Positions 12,233-23,645 of a stretch of 64,000 bases of DNA are shown piece after piece. The position numbers were made by a program, and so were the translations under genes. The notes beneath the pieces are model-generated. The model made no database searches. It saw nothing but the letters and a program-made list of their open reading frames with translations, and had not been told where the DNA came from. Source of the DNA: Rhynchopus sp. YZ270_cl-10. Taxonomy: Eukaryota. The DNA lies in contig OZ037837.1 in the NCBI GenBank assembly GCA_964035575.1, forward strand, positions 1,054,001 to 1,118,000, in the 5' to 3' direction. Position 1 is the first letter of the stretch; every line of letters starts with the position of its first letter.

Positions 12233-12950
12233 GGGCAACAGGTGATGAGGGTCGTCTGCCAATAGGCAAGACAGCGGAGGTGGAGAGGCTGAACGTGTCG
12301 TCAACGACACGGAAGAGGTTCGCAACGATGCTAACCCATGTGGCAGGTGTGCCAGACCAACAAGGACGAATCACCCTTCGTGATTCTTAAACAGTCAAAC
12401 CTCCCGTGAAACTGAAGTGGAGAAGTATCCTGAGCAGGTTCACGTGGCCACGGAATCAAGGGTTGTTAACGAGGATTTTTCTGCCAACTGAGTACACACT
12501 ACTAGAAGGACTTCGGAGGCCAGCGTTTGATTGCCACTTGAGTCAGCAAAACTGTGAGGGAGACATACAAGTGTATCGTGTGGAAGAGAGGTAGGGAGTG
12601 GGGGTGTTCTGTTAAAAAGGGGCCGTTTTTTGTTTTGTTTTTTTAGATGATTCTGTGGCTTCGCTGTTCTTCACACTGTACTTACCCAAACACCCCACCT
12701 CCCCTCCCCAAATAAAACCCTTCTTCAGGAAGAGAAATCGAAACAAAGAATGCGTGAATCCCCCAATGTCGTACCCACCCCGACCCTATTCCCCTATTCC
12801 CCCTTCTCGTGGCAAGACCGACAAACAAGAGCAAAAACGTAACAACAGTTCACAGAAGCTTCGGACCATGGTACTGCGGGTTGCCTCTGACGCATCGATG
12901 CAGATGCGGCTGACTGTGCTCTTGCCGGTTGCAAACGCACCGGCCTTTTA

Positions 12951-14360
12951 TTATTCTGAGCCTCTCCGTCGCTTGCGGCACTGCTCGGGAGATTCGTCTC
13001 TGCTACGTTTCGGACGTGCATCAACAAGCTCCTTCAGGTTGCTTTCCTGTACTCGACTCGACACAGCGCTGCTGCAGCCGGAGAGGTGGATGCTCTTCAA
13101 CGAAGTGTACTCGTCAGCACGTAGCTCACCCATGTGCATGACTGTGCTGAGTGGCGACAAGTCAAGCACTGTGAGGCTGGTGCAGTTGGCAAGAAAGCTT
13201 CTGCCTATTCGTGTAACATTGCTGAGTGGTGCCAAGTCTAGTTCTGTGAGGCTGCTGCAGTCCTTGAGAAACCAACCACGAACTGTCGTCACATTGCGAA
13301 GTGCTGACATGTTTAGTGCTGTAAGGCTCCTGCAGTTGGAAAGAAAGTATTCGTCCATGCGTGTAACATTGCTGAGTGGTGCTAAGTCTAGTTCTGTGAG
13401 GCTGCTGCAGTCCTTGAGAAACCAACCACGAACTGTCGTCACATTGCGAAGTGATGACATGTTTAGTGCTGTAAGGCTCCTGCAGTTGGCAAGAAAGCTT
13501 TCGTCTATGTGTGTAACATTGCTGAGTGGTGTCAAGTCTAGTTCTGTGAGGCCGCTGCAGTTGTTGAGAAAGCACTCTCCTATTTGCGCAATATTTTCAA
13601 GTGGCGACAAGTCTAGTTCTCTGAGGCTGATGCAGCTGTCAAGAAAGCTCTCGCCTAGTTGTGTAATCCTGGTGAGTGGCGACAAATCTAATGCTGTGAG
13701 GCCTGTGCAGCCGGAAAGAAAGTATTTACGTAGTTGTGTAAGATTGGCTAGCGATGTCAAGTCTAGTGCTGTGAGGCCGCTGCAGTTGAGAAGAAAGCAA
13801 CCACCAACTATCGTAACCTTGCTGAGTGGTGCCAAGTTCAGCACTGTGAGGTTGTTGCACTCGTTAAGAAACTCTTCACCAATCCGCGTCACATTGCACA
13901 ACCCAGAGAGGTTGACACTTGTCAACGTTGTGCAATTGACAAGAAAACAGTCACCGATTTCCGTCACACACGAAACAGCACTGAGATCAAGTGTTGTTAA
14001 CGTTGAGTCTCCCAAGAACCCGTCCGGAATGACAGTCGCAACCTCCGCCTGCAGAAGCAAACACGCCACCACAGGATCCTCCACAGTCTCCAGCCTCTCT
14101 GCAGCGATATCGGTCTCACCCAACGCATGAAGCTCTGCAAGGGCTTCGTACTTCTTCGTCTTCGTCAGCACGACTGTGTCTCCAGCACTCAGCTGCGTGA
14201 TGTCCTCTCCTTCCTGCTTCCCTCCGAAGCCCATGTGGAAGCTGTCCTCAGCCAACCCTGCTGCAGTCGCCACCTTCTGCCGCATCGTCTCCGTTGTGTC
14301 ATCCACACCCACCTCGATCACGTACAAGTTGTCTGCACAGTTCTTGATGGTCAGTTCCAT
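12951..14360 (-). CDS. Ubiquitin-like domain + BspA-type LRR protein, copy 4 (469 aa, 13 LRRs)
   Basis: Same architecture; contains a near-perfect internal 150-bp (two-unit) tandem duplication. Confidence 0.85.
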   Translation of the reverse strand: MELTIKNCADNLYVIEVGVDDTTETMRQKVATAAGLAEDSFHMGFGGKQEGEDITQLSAGDTVVLTKTKKYEALAELHALGETDIAAERLETVEDPVVACLLLQAEVATVIPDGFLGDSTLTTLDLSAVSCVTEIGDCFLVNCTTLTSVNLSGLCNVTRIGEEFLNECNNLTVLNLAPLSKVTIVGGCFLLNCSGLTALDLTSLANLTQLRKYFLSGCTGLTALDLSPLTRITQLGESFLDSCISLRELDLSPLENIAQIGECFLNNCSGLTELDLTPLSNVTHIDESFLANCRSLTALNMSSLRNVTTVRGWFLKDCSSLTELDLAPLSNVTRMDEYFLSNCRSLTALNMSALRNVTTVRGWFLKDCSSLTELDLAPLSNVTRIGRSFLANCTSLTVLDLSPLSTVMHMGELRADEYTSLKSIHLSGCSSAVSSRVQESNLKELVDARPKRSRDESPEQCRKRRRGSE

Positions 14361-15029
14361 TTGTCTTCTTTTGTGTTGCTCTGTTGTGTGGTGGGGTTGT
14401 GGGGTTGGGCGGAAAACATGCCACAAGCAGAGCGCTCCTACCGTCACCACTCACAGCACGCGAGTGTCCCCATCCCCACCAGAAGCAAGAGTGTCCCCAA
14501 CCAGCCCTGAGCACGACGTCCTCTCCCGACCACACACATGCTTTGGCCCACCCACAAGGCTGCTCATCGTTGCACGCATCACGCAGACGCACGATGGTAG
14601 GTGACTGCTTAGACGACCTGGGAGAAGAACACCCACCAGCTGCCACCTGCATGAGGGCACAGACGGCACAGTGCCATGTCGCGAAAGTGAACCCACACAC
14701 TGAATAAAAACACCACCCAAGATAGGCACTCCACACCAGCGCACCCCACCCCACCCACCCCAGCAAGAACGCCAAAGGTGCTCTTGTGCTGCAACCACGG
14801 CAAGCCGAGGTGCCAGACAAATGCACGAAAGCACCCCATGGCTGGGCACGTCCCTGTTCCACCTCATATTCTTTGCTGATCTGTTGGTTCAGTGTAGCTA
14901 CCATTCAGGCAGTCTTCACTATGCAGAAAACACTCTCAAGAAAGGCCTCTGATCTGGGGCCATTTGATGCGCTGCAACTACCAGGTTTTGGAAACCGTCA
15001 CTCTGAAACAAATTTATTTATTTTGGCAA

Positions 15030-15585
15030 TTCTTGACACTCCCGTTAACGTTTACTTCTCCTTGCACCTTTGAAACAGACAGCATCGTTGTGCACTGTTA
15101 TCGAACTGTCGTGCACCACTACATAGCGAGCAGATCGGTGTCGCCCGCAAACATCTCCACCCTGTCGCCTGCCACAACCATGACGTGGTCACAATGTTGC
15201 CCCAATAATGCACAACAACGCCTGTTGCTATGTCCCATCACCTGAGAACTCTCTCTGCAGGACGACAAAAACGTTGTTCCACAGGGTGACCGTGCCGTGG
15301 TCTTATCTCCTCTTCATGTTTGCATGACATTGTAAACTTTAACATACTCCATGTCCTCGTGGACAGATGAGATCTGCTCACTGCACGGCGAGAGTGCTGG
15401 AGTACCAGTAAGTGGCAAGTGAAAGAAGCGTGACTGTCATGTGTTCCGTGTCGAAGACGGAAATATCTTTCTCCCAGCCACATCACTGTGAAGTACCCCT
15501 CAGGTGAGTGTGCGAGTAAGATAGAGTGAAGCCTTGTATCACTCCAGGAGTGATGTTGGTCGAAATGTCTTGTGATGCCCATGTG
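15030..15585 (-). pseudogene. Heavily decayed non-LTR retrotransposon reverse-transcriptase fragment
   Basis: In shifting minus-strand frames and in the expected order: FRPTSLLE (cf. YRPISLL), DISVFDT (cf. DxxxAFD), MFAGDTDLL (cf. FADD). Many stops and compressed spacing. Confidence 0.5.
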
Positions 15586-15764
15586 CATGGGGAGTGACTG
15601 TGCTGGGGAGGTGTGGCAAAGGGAAAAGTGAGGTTTTAGCAGGAAAAGCAGGAAAGTGCTTCAAACTGCTCAAAACACCGTTTTTCGGCCTTCTTTTGAC
15701 AGATCGCTCCCAGAGGGGTGCAAAGGTGTTGGGTCTTGGCACAAAAACGGACCACTTTTGAGGG

Positions 15765-15773
15765 AAAAGAAAA
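15765..15773 (-). terminator. Possible Pol III terminator (TTTTCTTTT) after tRNA-Sec
   Basis: Two T4 runs begin 2 nt after the discriminator base. Confidence 0.5.
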
Positions 15774-15774
15774 G

Positions 15775-15861
15775 CACCGCGAAGGCGGAATCGAACCGCT
15801 GCGGGTCACCCCGCCTACAGATTTGAAGTCTGCAACCAACACCAGTTGATATCATCACGGC
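15775..15861 (-). tRNA. tRNA-Sec: Selenocysteine tRNA (anticodon UCA), eukaryotic 9/4 fold
   Basis: GCCGTGATG-AT-ATCAAC TGGT GTTGGT-TGCAGA CTTCAAA TCTGTA-G-GCGGG GTGA CCCGC-A-GCGG TTCGATT CCGC-CTTCGCGGT-G. This gives a 9-bp acceptor stem, 6-bp D stem, long variable arm, 4-bp T stem and discriminator G. Confidence 0.97.
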
Positions 15862-18654
15862 GATAGGAGGCGCCCATAGCGTACAGGGCTGTGCAGCCTT
15901 CACCACATTGCACAGGTTTGTCCATTTCCCCCCAACCCCCACCTTCAAAACCCAACCCCCATCACCCACTTGAGTGCCAGATCCTTGACGCTCGGAACAT
16001 AGAATTCCTACATCACAGCGATACAAAGGCTTCTCTATTACTATGTAACCCTGCACAAAAACCTCGTGTTCAGAGAACCCCGCGCACCAACACCAAGTGG
16101 CCGAAGAAGGAACCTTGAAAGACGAACGGGCCCACCCAGGGCACGCGCACATCTTGTATCAAAAGGTTCGGACGACCACAGGGTGTCGGCAGCATGCACA
16201 CTCTCCTCACCACTGCCTTCTCTCCACACTCACTTCCCTCGCTACTCACACAGATGGGCACTGCACTGCAAGAAGAGCGCAACAATACAGCGACACCACA
16301 CAGCAAGGACTCTGAACGCTGCAGCCTGTGCACGAGGTGCTGCATCCGCCCCTCCCCTTCCAGGAGGCCATGCCGTCTCTGTCCCGTCACAGCCAAGCAA
16401 GGAGAGCACACTGACGTAAGGGCCACCCCCACCCCGTTGTACGGAAGACGTATTGCGTGACACAAAAGACGCGCATCTGCTGTCGCTTACAACGACCCCC
16501 ACAGTCACACCCACGCAAGACCCTCTCCACCCACTCTCTCACGTATCTCAACTGCTCACATTGTGCTGACCTGCGCCCTCTGCCACTCACAACAGCAACA
16601 CCCAACACAGGCAATGCACAATGCGAGACGTGTCACTAACTCGTTTGCTTAATCCGTGCACAAGGGGAAGTAGGTTCCACTCCACCCCCACCCACCTGCC
16701 CGGCCCAACCCAAGCGTTGACGAGGGTGTTAACAGAGCCCAACAACCCCGTTCTCACTACACAACTACAGAAATGTTGCCATGTCGCGAAAGTGAACCCA
16801 CACACTGAATAAAAACACCACCCAAGATAGGCACCCCACACCAGCGCACCCCACCCCACCCACCCCAGCAAGAACGCCAAAGGTGCTCTCATGCTGCAAC
16901 CACGGCAAGCCGAGGTGCCAGACAAATGCACGAAAGCACCCCATGGCTGGGCACGTCCCTCTTCCACCCCAGCATCACCACAACGACGGCCGGGAAGCAG
17001 ACAATGTACCACTCGACCATGCGAAGTGCTTTGTTGCTTTGCGATGTCTTTAAGTCTTGCACACCCTCTTCACACCCTATCCACATGGAGTCTTACCCCC
17101 ACCCATGTGCACAGGGGTATAGTGTACAGACGGCACAACCGCTGCTGCGATCCCACCCCCACCCACTGCCTCTCCCCCTCCTCCCACACACCCCGCTGCC
17201 CCTCTACCACTCCCAGGGTAAGTGGGGAGATGTGCACAGCTGCCACCTGCCTGAGGGGCACAGACGGCACCATGTCGCGAAAGTGAACCCACACACTGAA
17301 TAAAAACACCACCCAAGATAGGCACTCCACACCAGCGCACCCCACCCCACCCACCCCAGCAAGAACGCCAAAGGTGCTCTTGTGCTGCAACCACGGCAAG
17401 CCGAGGTGCCAGACAAATGCACGAAAGCACCCCATGGCTGGGCACGTCCCTGTTCCACCCCAGCATCACAACGACAACACACTGCACATCGAGCCAGAAC
17501 CAGTCGTGCTGCACTACCACACAACGTGCCCTGCACCTGTGTCCTCCGACAACGACGTCTCCCTCCTGCGATCCCGCCCACCAGCCCACCCAGTGCACCG
17601 TGCCCCAAACCCAAACCCCAAAAAAAATCCCAAGCTCAGCCAAGCCACCCCCCCCTGCTCCAAGTGGCAGCTGCATTGTACTTTACCATCCGGCTACAGG
17701 GCAAGCAGAATGCTGATGAATCCTGATGCTAAAAGATGTCAGAAGACAGCCATTACAACCCACAAGACTTTGGAACGCAGCACGCTGCTAGGTGCGAGGA
17801 ATAGAGTCAGGCCGTGTGTTGATATCATTCAAATAAAAGCAGGCAAGCACTACCATTGAATAAGGTATTAGCAATGTAGCGTAATACACCCAAAAAAAAG
17901 ACAATTTTTTGTACAATATTTGCAAAATCACTTCAAGAAGCAACACAGAGCATCTGTAGGATACTACCCAACGCATTGTGTGCAGTCACCTTGCACACAA
18001 AGTGTCACTAAGTCATTATCCACCATAGGCCTCTGAACTCTAAACCCCTCTCCTGTCGACAAACAATGTAAGGTAAGGGAAGTCGTCAGAGGTGGTCCGG
18101 AAGTGCCCGGAAGATGGGGAAGAGGAAAAAAAAGTGAAGTTGATAGTGCAAACGCCTCTGGGACGCAGGCACTGACAAAAAAAAAAAAAACTGATGCAAA
18201 CAAAATGCAATTTGAAGTACAAAGCACTCTCATGACAGGGTGCCCAAATAAAAAGAAGGCATCGTTGTCGCGGTGGCTATAGTAACGTAAGCAATATTTC
18301 AAAAAAAAATGGGTGTGATACAGCACCCTGAGATGGCACAAAAAAAGTTTAGAAAAAAGTACATCCTTCGGTACTTATTCTGACCCGCAAAAACAAAAAA
18401 AAAAAGGGGAATGACACAATGAACAATTACCGTTAGACGAATGTATCTTTCATCTTCCCCACCCTTCACTACCTCCAACCCTCAACCCTCCAGCCCCGAC
18501 CCCTATCCCTGAGAAACCATCATTCCTTTTAGTCGCCCTCCCTCTCTTCGCACATTGCCGCGACAGAACAGCCACCAACTGAGAACCTCTTCCCTTTTTT
18601 TTCATCACAACAAAAATCACATTTTTCTTTTTCTGCCTCCCCCCCTGAGGGGTA

Positions 18655-19557
18655 TCACATTGAGCTCATCTGTCCTCCTCCTTTTATCCCATTCTCCCCA
18701 CTACCCCATTCCACAGTATCGCCGACTGTATTGAGAACGACAAAAGGATAGCTTGCCTCGGTTATGTACTGTCTGGGGACCGGAACCGGCGCGGTCGTCA
18801 CGGAAACACCGTTTATCGCAAAGGCAGCGACCGCCCTCTGTGTATCGACTGTCACGGTGATGCGAGCGGACTCTGCTTCGTCGCTGAGGAGGTCCTCCTT
18901 CATTGTCACATTGGGTACTTTTTTTATTCCGTTACCGTCGCACACCATCTGGACCGCCTCGGATGGACCACCAATCATGAGAGCAAGACAATGATCTGGA
19001 TACGCACTGAGAGGCTGCAATGTGTACAAACCCTCTGCACTAATTTTTGTCTTATTTCCAAAGTCTGTTGGCCGACAGATCCCGACAAAGTAGAGGTTAC
19101 CACGCAAAGTTTCACTTGCGGTACTGAGGGTAACAGTAAACGTCGAGCTGCCCCAGAGCGGTGCGAGGTTGCGACACCACAATGCAGGGTATCCGCCGTA
19201 ATGATCAGACGGATCAGAATCTTGCGCAGAACTGTCAGGATAAACCAGAGTGCGCCTTCTGGGACCAAGCGGAAGAAGTTTGGGATGAACCGGTGCCCAT
19301 CTAGCATTGCTCTCATGTAATCCCCTCGGCGCCCACGTCACAATCGATCGCAACACCTCAAAAGGCAAACGTAGCCTTTGGACTGCCCATAATAAAAGTG
19401 TTCTCGGGTCGTGTGACGCTCCTCCATGCGCTTGAAGTGTGTCGGAAGGCATACTGCATACTAGGCATAAAGAGATATCAAGTGGAATTCTGCTGAAACA
19501 TTGTCGGCACGACTGCTGTTCGATATCGTCTCGTTTGATAGTAAGTGATGAGGACAT
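18655..19557 (-). CDS. Hypothetical protein (300 aa): N-terminal CxxC-x10-CxxC knuckle and beta-rich, possibly SPRY-like C-terminus
   Basis: Long ORF on the gene strand; CRQC...CLVC; LYFVGIC, ITVTVD...FAING and YPFVVL resemble B30.2/SPRY strands. Confidence 0.7.
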   Translation of the reverse strand: MSSSLTIKRDDIEQQSCRQCFSRIPLDISLCLVCSMPSDTLQAHGGASHDPRTLLLWAVQRLRLPFEVLRSIVTWAPRGLHESNARWAPVHPKLLPLGPRRRTLVYPDSSAQDSDPSDHYGGYPALWCRNLAPLWGSSTFTVTLSTASETLRGNLYFVGICRPTDFGNKTKISAEGLYTLQPLSAYPDHCLALMIGGPSEAVQMVCDGNGIKKVPNVTMKEDLLSDEAESARITVTVDTQRAVAAFAINGVSVTTAPVPVPRQYITEASYPFVVLNTVGDTVEWGSGENGIKGGGQMSSM

Positions 19558-20560
19558 TGGAGAAAAAGTGGTGGTCAGTTTTGTGTGCGCAGCGCAGTGT
19601 TTCTTTGGGTAGGAGAAGAGAGACAGAAAAAGAAGAAGATATTTATTGAGTGATAAATAAATAAAATGTGAAACACAGCGGGAAAAAAAAAATCAAATTT
19701 TGTGGAGAAAGGGGGAGGGGGGGCTTTCCTGTTAAAAAAATGAGGTGGTTTTGTTTACTTTGATAAATTGTTAGATTAGCGTAGCTGCCTCGGCTGTGTT
19801 GCTGCAGAAAGGTACCGCGAGATGAAGGAGAGCAATTGTTCCTTTTGTCGAAATCAAAAGGAAAACATATGCGTTCCGCTTGATTAGATCGAGACACATT
19901 GGTTGCACTTTCCCGGTGTCATTTGTGATACAGTTTCCATGAATAGACATGAAAAGGGGCAGCACACAGGTTGTTCCGTGCCATTTTTTTCCACAGAACC
20001 AACATTGCACGCTTCTAAGCTCTACTGTCAATAAAGATGGGGAAATGATAGTGGACTCTTTTTTTGTTGTGGCGTTGCCTCCTTTTTTCCTGAGGCATGG
20101 GATCGGGGTGCTTTTGTTGTTGAGATGCTATTTTTCTTTTCTCTTTTTGCTTTTTTTTCTCGTTGTTTCGCTGCTCCCGACTTAAGAAGACCCCATTGTC
20201 CCCTCGGCCCGCTGTCAAAAATTATAATAAAAAACCCCCCCTGCTTGTACAGACACCCGATGTGTTTCCGCTCCTGCCTTTTTCTCATCTTTTACCCCTC
20301 ATTTTTCCATCGGTTTGCCTCCCGAAGGCTCTCATGTTTAGTGAGGTACATTATGTTCCCTCCATCGCTTGTATGCTGGTCTGTAGAACACTCGTACTTG
20401 AAGATCATAAGATCAATCCGATGATCAACCCAGACACCTGGTCATCTCCCCAAGGCAGCAGAAGCAGTCGTACGTGCCTTGTTGTCACAGCCCTCATCCC
20501 TCCCATTGTATTAAGCCCGTCACCCTGTACCCTTTGTTGCCATGCAGCACAACACACAGC

Positions 20561-21253
20561 TCATGCGAAAAGCATAAGGAAGGCAATCATGAGCGCGAAA
20601 AGGCCGATCGCCTCAGTCAGGGCGAATCCCAGAATCGCGTAGTTGAAAAGTGCGCGCATCAGGTTGGGCTGACTGTGTGGGGTAAGTGGGTGTGGGTGGT
20701 GGTGGTTTGAGAGTTGAAGAAAGTGTAAAAAAGTTGCCCATCATTGGCAAGTTGTTATTTAAAAACAGAAGGACAATATAAGGGATATATAAAATAGCAA
20801 AGCAGCGTGTCACACAACATCCACACATCCAACAGTGCACTGCACTGCCACTGCACATACCGTGCGGCAGCGAGCAGGAAGCTTCCGAACACGTTACCGA
20901 TACCAACACCGACTCCCGCAAGTGCGATGGCAGAGAGTCCGGTTCCAACGTAGTTGAGCCCGCTGACGGTCACCTGCAGGGAGCTGCTGTTGCGGACCTG
21001 TTGTGGTGGAGGGTGGTGTGGTGTGGTGTGGTGTGGTTGGACAGGTCTTTCGTCATAAACACGCATTTAGATAAGCAAGATTTGTGTGACACTCAAACAG
21101 TTGAGACAAGAGGTTGCTGGCTGCAAAGGAACCTCGTGGACAACAGGCCCAACACACCCACACATTGGGCGATCACCTCAGCAACAGGTGAACCACCTCA
21201 CATACCTGTGCCTTCATGGCAAGGCGGGGTGCGAAACGGCTGACACGCATCAT
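20561..21253 (-). CDS. ATP9: Mitochondrial F1Fo ATP synthase subunit c, copy 1 (exons 21206-21253, 20861-20997, 20561-20672; 98 aa)
   Basis: Spliced product [98 protein letters not shown]. Has GxGxGxG, the RQP loop and the conserved Glu; GT-AG introns are in phase. Confidence 0.97.
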
Positions 21254-21693
21254 TTTGAAAGGTTTTGTTGTGTTTGAAGCTTGTCTGTTGTGCTGTGGTG
21301 GGTGGGGGGTGGGAGGCAAAACACTTCGCACACAAAACATAAGAGCTTGGGGTGGTGCGTTTTTTTTGTGAGCAAATAAAACCGTGTGCAACCTGTCTCC
21401 CTCCCTCCCTCTCCCTCGACTCTGTGCAATCACCTGTTTGCACCTACCTCAAGCATTCCCTGTGTACTGCTTCAACTCGCAGTACTGCTGGTCACTCACC
21501 AGAACCTCGCTTTCACTATTCCCACAACTGCCCTTACCCTGCCATGCACCACGTTGCTCGTATCCCAAAATAAAATAAACAAAAGAAAGTTTCGGTAAAG
21601 ATGAACCTAAGCCACCATGTGTCCAGTCACCTTAAAATCGCTCGTAAATTCAGTCCGAACATCAGCTGCCAAAGACAGCACACAAAACACAGC

Positions 21694-22401
21694 TCATGCG
21701 AAAAGCATAAGGAAGGCAATCATGAGCGCGAAAAGGCCGATCGCCTCAGTCAGGGCGAATCCCAGAATCGCGTAGTTGAAAAGTGCGCGCATCAGGTTGG
21801 GCTGACTGTGTGGGGTAAGTGGGTGTGGGTGGTGGTGGTTTGAGAATTGAAGAAAGTGTGTAAAAAGTTGCACGCCATTGGCAAGGCGCAACAGAAAACA
21901 GAAGAAAACTTAAATAACGAAGAAAACTTGAAAGATGCATGTGTCTCGCACACACATCTATATAAAATAGCAAAGCAACATGTCACAACACCCACACAGC
22001 ACTGCACTGCCACTGCACATACCGTGCGGCAGCGAGCAGGAAGCTTCCGAACACGTTACCGATACCAACACCGACTCCTGCAAGTGCGATGGCAGAGAGT
22101 CCGGTTCCAACGTAGTTGAGCCCGCTGACGGTCACCTGCAGGGAGCTGCTGTTGCGGACCTGTTGTGGTGGAGGGTGGTGTGGTGTGGTGTGGTTGGACA
22201 GGTCTTTCGTCATAAACACGCATTTAGATAAACAAGATTTGTACGACACTCAGACAGTTGAGAGACAAGAGGTTGTTGGCTGCAAAGGAACCTCGTGGAC
22301 ATCACTCACATATTGGGCGAACACCTCAGCAACAGGTGAACCACCTCACATACCTGTGCCTTCATGGCAAGGCGGGGTGCGAAACGGCTGACACGCATCA
22401 T
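21694..22401 (-). CDS. ATP9: ATP synthase subunit c, copy 2 (exons 22354-22401, 22023-22159, 21694-21805)
   Basis: Same protein and same intron positions. Confidence 0.96.
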
Positions 22402-22808
22402 TTTGAAAGGTTTTGTTGTTTGAAGTATTCTGTTGTGCTGTGGTGTGTGGGGTGGGGGGGGGCAAAACACTTCATACACATTAATCTGTTGTCTAAACAT
22501 GGGTATCTCTTTTTTTTTGTTTTGTGAAAACTTGGTTGTATTAGTGCAGACACCCGAGGATGCACTCCACTATATTATTCACACGGGTTGCCGCTGTTGG
22601 GTTCAAACCCGTTCTCCCATTTTGACTTCAGTGCTCGTACACATCCTTCGGTATTAACGATACTCGTATTCACTTTCCGTTGCCTCCCACGAAGTCGTAA
22701 CCACATCCCTATGCCCTCCCTTCCCTTCCCTTCCCTTTGCTCTCTCTCTCTCTCTCTGCCCCTCCCTTTTCATTTCTCTCTCCCAGCCACAAGATCCAAA
22801 GCCAATGC

Positions 22809-23645
22809 TCATGCGAAAAGCATAAGGAAGGCAATCATGAGCGCGAAAAGGCCGATCGCCTCAGTCAGGGCGAATCCCAGAATCGCGTAGTTGAAAAGCG
22901 CGCGCATCAGGTTGGGCTGACTGTGTGGGGGTAAGTGGGTGTGGGTGGTGGTGGTGGTGGTTTGATAACGGATTTAGGGTGGGTAACGCCTGAAAGGAGT
23001 ATCGCCCATAAGTGTGTGTGGGTGATGGTTCTAAAATGATCGAAGTGTCCTGCTGCTCACATCGCATTGTGCAAGAGCTAAGAGATGTGGGCAACCTGGA
23101 TCAACAGACGCTGATGTTTCTATGTACTAGAGATGTTGCTTTGAAAGAAAGTTGACTTGAAATATAAAGCCTCTTGTGGCAGTGTACCTAGAAAACAAAA
23201 TTGAAGTCAGTAAACGTGGAATGTGTGACATCAAGTGCACTGCCACTGCACATACCGTGCGGCAGCGAGCAGGAAGCTTCCGAACACGTTACCGATACCA
23301 ACACCGACTCCTGCAAGTGCGATGGCAGAGAGTCCGGTTCCAACGTAGTTGAGCCCGCTGACGGTCACCTGCAGGGAGCTGCTGTTGCGGACCTGTTGTG
23401 GTGGAGGGTGGTGTGGTGTGGTGTGGTTGGACAGGTCTTTCGTCATAAACACGCATTTAGATAAACAAGATTTGTGCGACACTCAAACACTTGAGAGACA
23501 AGAGGTTGCTGGCTGCAAAGGAACCTTGTGGACAACAGGCCCAACACACCCACATATTGGGCGATCACCTCAGCAACAGGTGAACCACCTCACATACCTG
23601 TGCCTTCATGGCAAGGCGGGGTGCGAAACGGCTGACACGCATCAT
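22809..23645 (-). CDS. ATP9: ATP synthase subunit c, copy 3 (exons 23598-23645, 23256-23392, 22809-22920)
   Basis: Same protein; longer, divergent intron 2. Confidence 0.96.

Noticed and set aside
8005..14130. Long plus-strand ORFs (401 aa, 491 aa; also 233 aa at 1524) overlapping the LRR genes
   Set aside because: Antisense shadows of the repetitive LRR coding sequence, with no independent protein features.
15775..15861. UGA suppressor tRNA or alternative genetic code
   Set aside because: The 9/4 fold, 6-bp D stem and long variable arm identify tRNA-Sec, and genes here end normally at TGA.
16070..16614. GC-rich minus-strand ORFs upstream of tRNA-Sec
   Set aside because: No recognisable motifs or consistent frame; possibly decayed gene debris but not supportable.
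20998..21205. snoRNA in the conserved ATP9 intron 1
   Set aside because: No convincing C/D or H/ACA arrangement seen; recent duplication or conversion explains the conservation.
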